This document shows, piece by piece, positions 54,957 to 64,000 of a stretch of DNA of 64,000 nucleotides. Within the stretch, counting starts at the first letter, position 1; each line of letters opens with the position of its first letter. The notes below the pieces were generated by a model. It was not told the DNA's origin, searched no databases, and saw nothing but the letters and a program-made list of their open reading frames with translations. This stretch comes from a virus. Position numbers and translations under genes: made by a program. The stretch is taken from the IMG/VR virus record IMGVR_UViG_3300032516_000009, positions 46,923 to 110,922 of that record; one strand, written 5' to 3'.

Positions 54957-55250
54957 ATGGCGTCCACTATTAAGGCAATATGGTTAAAAATATGCGGTGA
55001 TGGATCTGTGATCAAAATGGAGCCAGTAATCCTAAACCCACTGTTGCCATATCCCAAATATAGGCATGAAAGAAGATATGTAGTTACCCATCAACGAACA
55101 ATCAGTTCAGCAAATAAGATTGTATGTATTATCGGAGAGAGTGGGAGGATTGAATGGCGTACCAACTCTGATCAGATACGTGATTCAATGCACGCGATTT
55201 TACCGGAACTGATGAATTTCATATCCGTAGATGTTATACAAAATTGCTGA
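54957..55250 (+). CDS. Hypothetical protein, paralog of the next gene
   Basis: W.TnS..IR....LPE; ends VDVIQNC. Confidence 0.55.
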   Translation: MASTIKAIWLKICGDGSVIKMEPVILNPLLPYPKYRHERRYVVTHQRTISSANKIVCIIGESGRIEWRTNSDQIRDSMHAILPELMNFISVDVIQNC

Positions 55251-55567
55251 ACATCATGTGTGAAAATCCAAAAATGTCTCATGTATTAGAAAGTATGACG
55301 TTAGTCCATAGGCATAAGACTCCACCATTATGGAAAAAGAAATTGGGTGGAATAACCATCTCAATAGTGCATAAAGGCATATCAGGATATCTAATTACAT
55401 ACACGGACCCCAAGTTATCAACTGTCGATTTGGCAGTATGCAAGATAAATAACGCCGGTCAAATCTCGAAATGGTACACTGATTCCAAAGATATACGTAG
55501 TATACTCGATAAATGTATGCCGGAAATTTTAGCCTATATAATGGCTGATTTCGTGCACGAGTGTTAG
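55244..55567 (+). CDS. Hypothetical protein
   Basis: W.TDS..IR....MPE; ends ADFVHEC. Confidence 0.55.
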   Translation: MLNIMCENPKMSHVLESMTLVHRHKTPPLWKKKLGGITISIVHKGISGYLITYTDPKLSTVDLAVCKINNAGQISKWYTDSKDIRSILDKCMPEILAYIMADFVHEC

Positions 55568-55568
55568 A

Positions 55569-56405
55569 TTACAGGAGATTGAAGCCTTTTAGTTGATTCC
55601 TAATCTTCTTCTCTACCATGAGACGAGATCCTGCGCCCGGATTGCGCTTTATGTAATTATCTACGACTTCTTTAAATTCTTTTGGAGTTATATCCCAACT
55701 ATTCTGTTGTAGTTTATAATCCACTAGATTTTTGACACTATAAGTGGGTGATTCTCGTTCACGTTCCAGTCTGTAAGCAACACCTTTAGCTCCCTCAGGA
55801 GGCGTAGTTACTACATCATCGATCACTTTTTGAATACCAGGCACAAACTTATTTGAAACATCCACATCCACGATTTCTTCAAAATTATCGATCTCAATAA
55901 CTGTCTCACCTAGATCCTGATAATAACCACCTGTGGGATCAATTGCATGACCTAACTTATGGCTGTAAAAACCGCAAGCGGTTTTGAATCCTATGATATC
56001 GTGTTGTATAGGATTGCCACCTTCATCTAATCTACCGGGCCAATTCTCAGACGGATCTGGTTCTTTAGATTTGAAATCGATATACACCATCTCAACATGT
56101 AATCCGCCTATCAGACCATTTTTCAGCCAGGTGTCTACTGGAGCACCGAATGATACACGACCAGCTACCCACCCCTTGCCGCTCGGGTTAGTATCATAAG
56201 TAACGCCTTCTTTGAAATCCTTGGGTAACAGTCTAGCCATTTCAGAAAGCATCGCCTTTTGGACTTTCAAGGCAAAAGTCTTATCTGTAGCTAAGATCAA
56301 TCTGAATAAATCACCAGCTACAAGCGATTTACTAGGATGATCGGCAGCATAAATAGCAGCTGCCATGCGTCGGAGACACATAACTACTTCATTCGGAGTA
56401 ATCAT
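55569..56405 (-). CDS. PS-LRxIA leader family protein
   Basis: TPNEVVMCLRRMAAAIYAADHPSKSLVAGDL. Confidence 0.7.
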   Translation of the reverse strand: MITPNEVVMCLRRMAAAIYAADHPSKSLVAGDLFRLILATDKTFALKVQKAMLSEMARLLPKDFKEGVTYDTNPSGKGWVAGRVSFGAPVDTWLKNGLIGGLHVEMVYIDFKSKEPDPSENWPGRLDEGGNPIQHDIIGFKTACGFYSHKLGHAIDPTGGYYQDLGETVIEIDNFEEIVDVDVSNKFVPGIQKVIDDVVTTPPEGAKGVAYRLERERESPTYSVKNLVDYKLQQNSWDITPKEFKEVVDNYIKRNPGAGSRLMVEKKIRNQLKGFNLL

Positions 56406-56433
56406 ATATATATATTAACAATTAAAAATTTTA

Positions 56434-56742
56434 TTATCCTAACAGAGCCAATGCTGTGAGAGCTAAGATTATGCCTATTCCTTGTTGTGTTGTTAGACGT
56501 TCATGAAAGATAAAGAGACCGACAACACAGTTACCCATTACTGTGCAAATAGACCAGATTGTTCCAGCTCTAGTTAATTCACCACGCTCTTTGATGATAC
56601 ATAACCAGCAAATACTGGCTATCATATAAATTAATAACGCCATCATAGCAAACGAGTAACGCCCAGATTGAGCGAACCGTTTGGACATCCAATCCGCGAT
56701 GGAGCTTAATATGGCCCCTATGGTTAACCAAATGGGTATCAC
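56434..56742 (-). CDS. SMR/EamA-like four-TM membrane protein
   Basis: Four hydrophobic helices; GLFIFHERLT..QGIGI. Confidence 0.75.
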   Translation of the reverse strand: MIPIWLTIGAILSSIADWMSKRFAQSGRYSFAMMALLIYMIASICWLCIIKERGELTRAGTIWSICTVMGNCVVGLFIFHERLTTQQGIGIILALTALALLG

Positions 56743-56966
56743 TGTTCTTTGTGCTCTGCACAGCGTCTTGTATTTTTGCGGCTGTGTACCGCCAAATTGG
56801 TGCACCCAGGTATAGAACAGATGTATGGGATTATCTGATTTATTCGAGCGCCTTTCACTTCTCCAACGACTGTGCCTCGATAAGCCAAAGCGTGACACCA
56901 GGTACAACGATATCTGCCATACCAGGTGGGGATCGGTTTCCAGTCGTGTCCGCAGGGCACCATCAT
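56739..56966 (-). CDS. Small Zn-finger protein
   Basis: CGHDW..CTWC..CSIPGC..CAEH. Confidence 0.55.
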   Translation of the reverse strand: MMVPCGHDWKPIPTWYGRYRCTWCHALAYRGTVVGEVKGARINQIIPYICSIPGCTNLAVHSRKNTRRCAEHKEQ

Positions 56967-57189
56967 CGATATTTAGCGTTGTGTGAAACGGTGCCCGGGT
57001 TCTTCGATATACAACTTAGCAACGCTAGACGGACGATCGTCATCCGTCGGAATCAACATGATCGGGCAATCGTCTAGTAGTTGAAGTATATCATCGCCCG
57101 ATAAGTCGGCGTAACCCTCAGTCGACATACGATACTTTAGCCACATAGGATGTAGCGCTACCACACCAGTTGATTATTTGGAACAGCAT

Positions 57190-57492
57190 CTAACTCACGG
57201 CGTCTTTAATCGCCTTCACGGGCTTGATTTTCACGGCGACAGACGCCGGTTTGGCCTTGAGCGTAGTGAGCTGTTTCGTGAAGGGGGATATACCCTGGCG
57301 TTCGGGCATAGCCGCTCTTTTTACTAATGTAAGTCTCGCCAAACCGGGAATTATTACGGCGCCGTTGGACTTGAGCTCATCGACGCAGACCTTGCATATG
57401 GCATCGAGTACGGATAGTACGCTAGACTTATCCATATCGCCTGCAATGGTTTGGACTTTGGCTATGAACTCTGGCTTAGTGAGATTCTTCAT
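57190..57492 (-). CDS. HU/IHF family DNA-binding protein
   Basis: LTKPEFIAKV...IPGLARL..VKRAA..RQGISPFT..KAIKDAV. Confidence 0.9.
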   Translation of the reverse strand: MKNLTKPEFIAKVQTIAGDMDKSSVLSVLDAICKVCVDELKSNGAVIIPGLARLTLVKRAAMPERQGISPFTKQLTTLKAKPASVAVKIKPVKAIKDAVS

Positions 57493-57527
57493 GATGACAC
57501 TATACACTGATAACCACCGGATTTTCA

Positions 57528-57767
57528 CTATTCTGACATAACTTCATGCACTATTTCTTCTTCAACTGTCATACCTTCTAATACAATCTTATAATATTCC
57601 TTCATCGGCCCTCTCTTTTTCCAGAACAATAATCTAGATTGCCCATCAGGAGTACAGGCAGTAACAGTGTATAACCCATCAGCCTCTCTGAATATGGTGC
57701 CTGGACTATAATATCGAAACGAGTTACGTCGAATTTTAATTTTTCGACTCACAAATCTATCCCTCAT
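57528..57767 (-). CDS. Small protein with C-terminal tag
   Basis: Ends EEIVHEVMSE. Confidence 0.6.
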   Translation of the reverse strand: MRDRFVSRKIKIRRNSFRYYSPGTIFREADGLYTVTACTPDGQSRLLFWKKRGPMKEYYKIVLEGMTVEEEIVHEVMSE

Positions 57768-57982
57768 GATTTCATGATTTCATAGATACAGCATAAATTA
57801 ACATATTCTTCTTCAGATAAATCGGTATACTGTGTGTGAAGATGAGTGAAGGCCTCCAGCGTATCATTTAGACAAGCATCGCAACGTGCTATTATCCAAG
57901 TATTAGATGCCATGAAATGTGATGCCTTATTGCGATGACCGTTGATATTGGCACAATGAGGACGTGTGCAATATTGGATCAT
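57764..57982 (-). CDS. Small Cys-rich protein with C-terminal tag
   Basis: Ends IYEIMKS. Confidence 0.6.
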   Translation of the reverse strand: MIQYCTRPHCANINGHRNKASHFMASNTWIIARCDACLNDTLEAFTHLHTQYTDLSEEEYVNLCCIYEIMKS

Positions 57983-58281
57983 GTGTGCATGACTTTGTAC
58001 ACTACATTGTACGTGATATAATCATCCAGAGTTTGTTCTTTTAAACTGAAATATTTTGCGTATGCTCGTATGTCCTTCGCATGTTCTTCGCACACAATAT
58101 AATTATGCCTGGAACAAGATATATCGTGGAACCAGATGACTCCAGGTTTGCGGCACTTATGATATCCATGCCCATTATTCATTCTCATATTGCATAAATG
58201 CTTATTATCATCTTCCCTTACACGGGCCGATCCCATATCCTTCATTATACGTTGTAATTTGTTATATAGTACGTTGTCCAT
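57979..58281 (-). CDS. Small Cys/His protein with C-terminal tag
   Basis: Ends VVYKVMHT. Confidence 0.6.
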   Translation of the reverse strand: MDNVLYNKLQRIMKDMGSARVREDDNKHLCNMRMNNGHGYHKCRKPGVIWFHDISCSRHNYIVCEEHAKDIRAYAKYFSLKEQTLDDYITYNVVYKVMHT

Positions 58282-58291
58282 CAGTCGTCCA

Positions 58292-58525
58292 TCAGTCGGT
58301 TACTGTCAGGTGTGACTTTTTCCTATGACCACAATAAAAGCACTCAAGCAAGACCCATTTATCGTCAATACTTAACGGCTCATAGTCGTGCCGACCGATT
58401 TTGCATAGAATCTTCGAAATAGTTGGCTGCTTATGCCAATTATCTATGAATCGTAGATACCCGAAACTGCTATTTTCCAACCAATCATCGAACATCAAAT
58501 TATTGTACACCATATAACCTTTCAT
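58292..58525 (-). CDS. Small Zn-finger protein
   Basis: LCKIGRHDY...CFYCG. Confidence 0.55.
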   Translation of the reverse strand: MKGYMVYNNLMFDDWLENSSFGYLRFIDNWHKQPTISKILCKIGRHDYEPLSIDDKWVLLECFYCGHRKKSHLTVTD

Positions 58526-58712
58526 ATACCACTCTACTATCGAGTAAAACTATATATCATGTACGTAAGCTATGAATAGTGACTCATATATATATCGTAG
58601 ACTTGGTGTCTTTCACACCTACATCTTCACTCATATGCATTGTCAAATATACGACGGGACCCAAAAACGTATATACTTTGAAGTATATACGCCATATATA
58701 CAAAACTTTATC

Positions 58713-59141
58713 TTATAATCCTGGGTGTCCTGTCATATATTCTGTCATTGGGATCTTAGTAAACCCATTTAAGATACCTGTAAGCATATCCTCAGCCTCT
58801 TGATTATTAACCAATCCGCCATATTCCTCAGCTCTATCAACTCCACCTGGAAATTTGTCTAAAATACTTGGTTCATCAGCAAGAAGAGCGCCCCCACCCA
58901 ATTTTCTGTTATAGGAGTTAACAAGTAACGCTAACTCATCTATGTCGGAATCATCGCCCAGTTCCCAAACAGCGTCCATAATCTTCGATCTAAAAACTAA
59001 AAACTGACGGCCAGATTGTAACGCCGCGAGGATCTGCTTAATATCATCAATAACCAGTGATTTATCTGGTTTACGAGATTTCTCAATAGTCGTAGCAATT
59101 TTACGAAGATAATTTGCAACCTTAGATGGCTTCATATTCAT
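58713..59141 (-). CDS. PS-LRxIA leader family protein
   Basis: MKPSKVANYLRKIATTIEKSRKPDKSLVIDDI. Confidence 0.75.
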   Translation of the reverse strand: MNMKPSKVANYLRKIATTIEKSRKPDKSLVIDDIKQILAALQSGRQFLVFRSKIMDAVWELGDDSDIDELALLVNSYNRKLGGGALLADEPSILDKFPGGVDRAEEYGGLVNNQEAEDMLTGILNGFTKIPMTEYMTGHPGL

Positions 59142-59420
59142 GGTGATTAAAAAAACCTAGTATGGGACCCGAGAATTTAGCTAAGAATAGTCATCATAAC
59201 CATGACTTTATAGTAGAGATTCTTCTTCAGTTAATATATTATACCATATTTGCCAATAATCATAGTAGTCATGATTGTCGATTGATAAAAATATATTGGA
59301 CGAAGAACAATATCAAACGCTTTTGGGTATATTCGACCAATGGTCGAATGAGCTAAATAATCGAGTAATAGATTATTATACAAAACATACAATCACCAGC
59401 AAATATTAAATAACCGAACT

Positions 59421-59476
59421 GTTGGGTCGTTGGGTCGTTGGGTCGTTGGGTCGTTGGGTCGTTGGGTCGTTGGGTC
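59421..59476 (+). repeat. Tandem repeat (GTTGGGTC)x7
   Basis: Seven perfect 8-mers. Confidence 0.95.
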
Positions 59477-59524
59477 CTCCGAATAATATACATACAATTT
59501 GAAGATTTTCATATAAAAGTTTTG

Positions 59525-59573
59525 CCTTGAATGACTATATATGTATTACAACGATATATATAGTCATTCAAGG
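59525..59573. repeat. 18-bp perfect inverted repeat
   Basis: CCTTGAATGACTATATAT / ATATATAGTCATTCAAGG. Confidence 0.9.
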
Positions 59574-59957
59574 AGAATTATATAAAACGGGAACGGCCCC
59601 GCGTAAATTGAACGATGTAGGTTCGAGTGCGAGGAGGTAAGTTTTTATCATACATGCGGTTCCCCTCCACCCACAATATCACACCGTGTGGGTGTGTATC
59701 CATCCCATACATACACCACCATACATAGTAATATATGGATACATAATAGTATGGTGTAGGTATGGGTAGGTAGATGTGGGGGCACCGGGGCCGGTGTGGG
59801 GGCGCAGGGGCCGCCGCGAAGATCGGGCCGCGGCGCGTGTCCCCGGGATCGGCCGCGGCGCGGCCCCGCTGAGAGGCGGGGAGCGGCGCGACAGGCCGGG
59901 TGTTCCGGCCTCCCGGGCGCAGGCGGGCGATCCCGCGCAGTCACAAGGAGCCATCCG

Positions 59958-60314
59958 ATGAACAGCAACCTCTACCCCTTCGCGACCAAGTCCCAGATCA
60001 AGACCCAGATCGACTCCGACCCCGAGTTCGCCCGCGAGTGCCTTCTCGTGATCCATGCCCGACAGACCGAGGTCGAGCAGGAGCGCAAGGAGACCATCAA
60101 CCGCAATCGGCGTGGCTTCATGTCCTCGCACGCCGTCCGCGGCACCGAGCTGGCCCGCAAGATCCTGGGCGCGGAATACCTCAATCCGGAAGAGGAGGAG
60201 TTGGTGGTCTCGATCGCCAGGTCGTACACCAAGCAGCTCGCCTCTCACTTCCGCCAGGTGACCCTGGAAGAGAAGCCCGAGCTGGCCGAGCAGGCGAAGG
60301 TCTTCGGGCTCTGA
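59958..60314 (+). CDS. Hypothetical protein in a GC-rich island
   Basis: AAGGAG RBS; high GC3 codon usage. Confidence 0.8.
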   Translation: MNSNLYPFATKSQIKTQIDSDPEFARECLLVIHARQTEVEQERKETINRNRRGFMSSHAVRGTELARKILGAEYLNPEEEELVVSIARSYTKQLASHFRQVTLEEKPELAEQAKVFGL

Positions 60315-61346
60315 TGCCCTGAGGGCCGCGGCGACTCCGCCCTGGATCAGGGTCCGATCCCCTGCCCAGGGCGCCTCGGCGCCTCGGCGCCTCGGCGTAT
60401 CTGGGATAGATCCCTTTACCACAGTCCAGTCCTGCCCGCGATATGTGGGTGGATGTGGGCGGGCGAGCGCTTAATGAGTATATCTGGCAAGAATTCATTG
60501 GTTTTGCCAGATATTCGTTCAAAGACAGTGGATTGATTCCTGTCTTTCGAAGGACACTCCTATCTTTTGAAGTAGACACCTGGTGACAGGTGTCGGCGCA
60601 GACGTGTATATTCAATCCGTATTTCAACTATGAATCGTAAAATATGGAGGTTAACGACCCTTACCATTATGAGTTAATACCATGATTAACTTGATCATAT
60701 GGCAGGGGTGAATCAGATATGTAGGATACAGTTCTGGCGTCGGGCATAGCATAAGCGGCCCTGGCATAGTACTTGGCGGCTTATATACCGCATATTATGC
60801 CCAAGTGTTAGCTTAATACTTTCGGTCGACTCCCGGCATATGATCAAGTCACATATAATATATAGAATGGACGACGAATAATAAAATATCAGACGACAAC
60901 ATCCGAAATTATACGCCACATATATTCAACCGACACGCCACATCTGGCATATATTATCATCCTGGGTGAATAATGGATGTGCCGGAGCCCGGATAAATCA
61001 TTCGACTACTGGGAATGATATACTTTACGTAAATATAATATAGATCATTCATGTATGTGGCATACTTACATTTACAAATAATTTTAAAGTATAAAATGTT
61101 CTCCAAATATATTTCGAATGTATTTAGTTGTAAATTTGTAAATGTATGAACATGTACGATTTTGCATGACACGGTAATCGTTTCCGCTCTTTGAAATATA
61201 ATATGATAATTCGGAGTATTGAATGTGACATCGACCGTGACTCGGGCCAAATGCTGACCAAATTATCGATATCATACTAAATATCTGCCGAATATCTGCC
61301 ATATATTCAAGCCGTAAATGAAATACCTGGCCGGGTACAATGTGAT

Positions 61347-61541
61347 ATGGCACACGTACTCAAGGACAGGGGCGGCAACAAGATCGGTGAGATCAAGACC
61401 CACGGAAATAAGCAGCTGCTCTATGACCGGCACGGGTCCAAGCTCGGTGAGTACGACGAGAACACCGATGTCACACACGATAGGCACGGCAAGCGGGTCG
61501 GCACAGGCAACCTGCTTTCGTCGTTGATCATCGACGCATAA
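61347..61541 (+). CDS. Small beta-repeat protein (DRxG repeats)
   Basis: Three DR.G.K.G repeats. Confidence 0.7.
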   Translation: MAHVLKDRGGNKIGEIKTHGNKQLLYDRHGSKLGEYDENTDVTHDRHGKRVGTGNLLSSLIIDA

Positions 61542-61543
61542 AA

Positions 61544-61570
61544 CCGCAGACCGCCGGGCGCAGCGCGTAC
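61544..61570 (+). promoter_or_regulatory. Repeated promoter-like motif CCGCAGA-N12-GCG(C/T)GTA
   Basis: Same spacing at 61544, 62316 and 63091; degenerate copy at 59814; all intergenic, upstream of + genes. Confidence 0.6.
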
Positions 61571-61856
61571 CTTCGATCGGACGCGGGGCACTCCCCGCCA
61601 GCGAATCGGAGAGCGCGCGGACAGTCAGGCACCCACTGGCGGTCGCAAGGTCGAGATCGCTGAGATGAAGACCCTCTCGGCGGAGGATCGTGTGGAGCTG
61701 GGATCGCTCGCTGCGGCCGAGCTTGGTGAGGAGGTGTCCACCGACCGTCCGGTGGCCTTGCCCGTGGCGGCGTAGTCGCCCGCAACAAATCTGGACGTGA
61801 CAAGCCGCCGCTCCCCGGATAAAACCGGTGGCGGCCTCACGTGTATAAGGAACGAA

Positions 61857-62075
61857 ATGATTCGCTGCGACTTGGTGGTCAACATTGAAGGGGAAGGGGA
61901 AGGCGAGGACAGAATTGTCAACATCTGTCCGAACGAAGCTGTCGCCTTCATCAGATCGGCACTTGGTGATGTTTACGCTTATTGTGAGAAGCATTCCAAA
62001 ACCCGTGTTCTGACCAATCGCAGTACGCCAATCACTCGAGAAGAGTACTTAGTCCACAAGATCATGGAGTGTTGA
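61857..62075 (+). CDS. Small Cys/His protein with C-terminal tag
   Basis: MIRCDLV...YAYCEKH...REEYLVHKIMEC. Confidence 0.7.
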   Translation: MIRCDLVVNIEGEGEGEDRIVNICPNEAVAFIRSALGDVYAYCEKHSKTRVLTNRSTPITREEYLVHKIMEC

Positions 62076-62076
62076 A

Positions 62077-62310
62077 GTGATCCGCTGCGATTTGGTGTTG
62101 ACCGTTGCAGGGGCAATGACAGATAACCTCAAGGTCACCACCTGTCCGTGCGAAGCCACCATCTTTGTCAGATCAGCATTTGGTAGAGTCTACGCATATT
62201 GCGAGATGCATTCCAGAATGCCGAGCCTTGGGGCTGGTTATTACTCAGCGGGAGGGGAAGCGTTCATTACTCGAGAAGAGTACTTAGTTCATAAGATCAT
62301 GGAATCGTAG
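62077..62310 (+). CDS. Tandem paralog of 61857
   Basis: MIRCDLV...YAYCEMH...REEYLVHKIMES. Confidence 0.7.
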   Translation: MIRCDLVLTVAGAMTDNLKVTTCPCEATIFVRSAFGRVYAYCEMHSRMPSLGAGYYSAGGEAFITREEYLVHKIMES

Positions 62311-62351
62311 GCAAAGCCGCAGATGACGCAGTGCGGCGTGTATAACGCGAC

Positions 62352-62684
62352 ATGAAGATCACCCATGTTCTCTGCGCCATCGTTGTCTGCGCGTCTCCGG
62401 TCCTCGCGGCTTCCGTTCAGAACGGAACCTTCGATGAACCGGTGCTGCTGACAGCGAATGCAGTGCTGCCGGACGTCACCTTGCATACGCCGGATCCAGC
62501 GGATCCGCCGCAGCCCGTGGTTCAGCAAGCGGTCGTAAAGCGCACGGTCACCGCAGCACCGAGATACCAGACCCACTGCTACAGTCGCAAGGTGGAGCTG
62601 AACGCCAACGGTGGCACTGTGAGGATCTGCGAACGATCGTCCGCTTCAACCATCGCCCGGCGCACCGCATCCGATCTCATGTGA
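62352..62684 (+). CDS. Putative secreted protein
   Basis: Signal peptide; Cys pair. Confidence 0.6.
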   Translation: MKITHVLCAIVVCASPVLAASVQNGTFDEPVLLTANAVLPDVTLHTPDPADPPQPVVQQAVVKRTVTAAPRYQTHCYSRKVELNANGGTVRICERSSASTIARRTASDLM

Positions 62685-63088
62685 GAGACATGATCATCTA
62701 CCGTGATGACGATGATCGTCCAACCCATGTAGCCAATCTGATCCCCAGCGAACTCGGGGCAGTGTTGAACTGGGCTCGAATTCATGGGTTTGAATTGGGG
62801 CGGGACATCATCCAACTCCATAGGGAGTATGTTGCAAGGGTGGCAGAGTACTGTCACGGCTTGAAGTTTCTGTGTATTAGCAGTCGTGGACCGGACTTGC
62901 CATGTGCCGAAGTTTGGCACGTTTACGAATTGGTGCAGTTGACACCCTATCAACTGCACGTCCCAGAAACCGAGGAAGACGACAGGGGCGGAATCGTCAA
63001 GACGTTTGTCGGATCTTTCACGAGTGCCAATGACGACGGTCTCTATTCGAACGAGACCAACGACGTTCTCTACGTCCCCATCGGCTAA
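62681..63088 (+). CDS. Hypothetical protein
   Basis: GTGA overlap with the upstream gene. Confidence 0.6.
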   Translation: MRDMIIYRDDDDRPTHVANLIPSELGAVLNWARIHGFELGRDIIQLHREYVARVAEYCHGLKFLCISSRGPDLPCAEVWHVYELVQLTPYQLHVPETEEDDRGGIVKTFVGSFTSANDDGLYSNETNDVLYVPIG

Positions 63089-63165
63089 AGCCGCAGACGA
63101 TCAGACTCAGCGCGTACCGTAGATCGGACCGGATCTGGCCCGATCAACCAATTCGAGGTGATATC

Positions 63166-63585
63166 ATGGACGAACAGCAGCCGAGGGTCGCGTGGTACGA
63201 AGGCGCAGTGTACAGCAGCAACGGTACGACCGTGCGCGTCAACGTTCTACCTCTCCGCGTTCCGCAGTTCAGTGTCACGCTGAGCTACGAGATGGAGGGC
63301 AAGAACCCGTCCCGCTTCCTCCGCGTGAACTGCCGATACAACCTTGGCAAAGTCACCGTCGACCCCTTCGATGAGACCGTTCACGGTCTCATGCAGCAAG
63401 CCTTCATGTTCATATCAGAGAAGGCTCAGGAAGTCGCCGACAGCAACATCGTCGCACGCATCAAACGTGAGAGGTCCCAGCTGGAGCGTGGACCCAAGCC
63501 CGTGAAGGGCCTCAGCGGCGGTGCCGGATCTGGCAAGACGGCAAGGCGACGCGAAGCCAAGCGGCTCGCGAAGACTGCGGCCTGA
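63166..63585 (+). CDS. Hypothetical protein with basic tail
   Basis: GAGGTG RBS. Confidence 0.7.
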   Translation: MDEQQPRVAWYEGAVYSSNGTTVRVNVLPLRVPQFSVTLSYEMEGKNPSRFLRVNCRYNLGKVTVDPFDETVHGLMQQAFMFISEKAQEVADSNIVARIKRERSQLERGPKPVKGLSGGAGSGKTARRREAKRLAKTAA

Positions 63586-64000
63586 CATCACACCACTCAC
63601 TGGGCACGGCGCCCAGTGAGTATCGAAGTGTCTTCAACCATTCGGGGTTAACCATGATCTGTACACGAGACACTCTCACTCGGGCCTTGATTGCCTATAA
63701 CTACTACAAGCCGACGGCATCGAATCACTTACAACAATGCCGGGACAAGTGGATTCCAGTCCATGTGAAGTCGGCCGTCGACAGGAGTCGAGTGCGGTCC
63801 TGCGCTGAAGCCGTTCTCAATGGCAAGCCGTATAAGGCTCAGTACAAAGCACTTCGTACCGAGCACAAGATCGCCGTAGCACTGTGCATGATGCACGGTT
63901 GGTCTGAAATTCTGTGGATCATGGACGAGAAGGAGCGACCGGTGGTTCACAACTACACCGATCGTGTCTTCACGTTCCTCAACGAGGTCCACATCGACCA

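Overview
This looks like a segment of a large (jumbo-type) tailed phage genome in the standard genetic code. The backbone is AT-rich with GC-rich patches. A Gly-rich lipoprotein and the GC-biased tRNA set hint at a high-GC host, possibly a myxobacterium (inference). From about 6.4 to 40.2 kb there is a minus-strand array of about 42 tRNA genes covering all 20 amino acids, a few of them degenerate. The array is interleaved with about 13 HNH, GIY-YIG or LAGLIDADG-like endonuclease genes. The most notable feature lies inside this array: an operon encoding a Ro60/TROVE-like vWA protein, an E2-like protein, a JAB peptidase, a ubiquitin-like protein and a ThiF/E1 enzyme. Around it sit at least eight small structured RNAs. 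All eight share one covarying module (helix / 5x5 internal loop with invariant CUCG / 8-bp helix / ACA[A/C]GC), fused to tRNA-like cargo in three topologies, two copies being YrlA-like permuted tRNAs. Other highlights: a candidate leader-peptide attenuator ahead of the tRNA array, a tRNA-Arg(UCU)-like gene with an HNH ORF inside it, a PurZ-like enzyme, a sigma-factor-like ORF missing from the ORF track, and two dispersed protein families, one sharing an N-terminal leader and one a C-terminal tag. All calls come from reading motifs and base-pairing by eye; no database searches were run.
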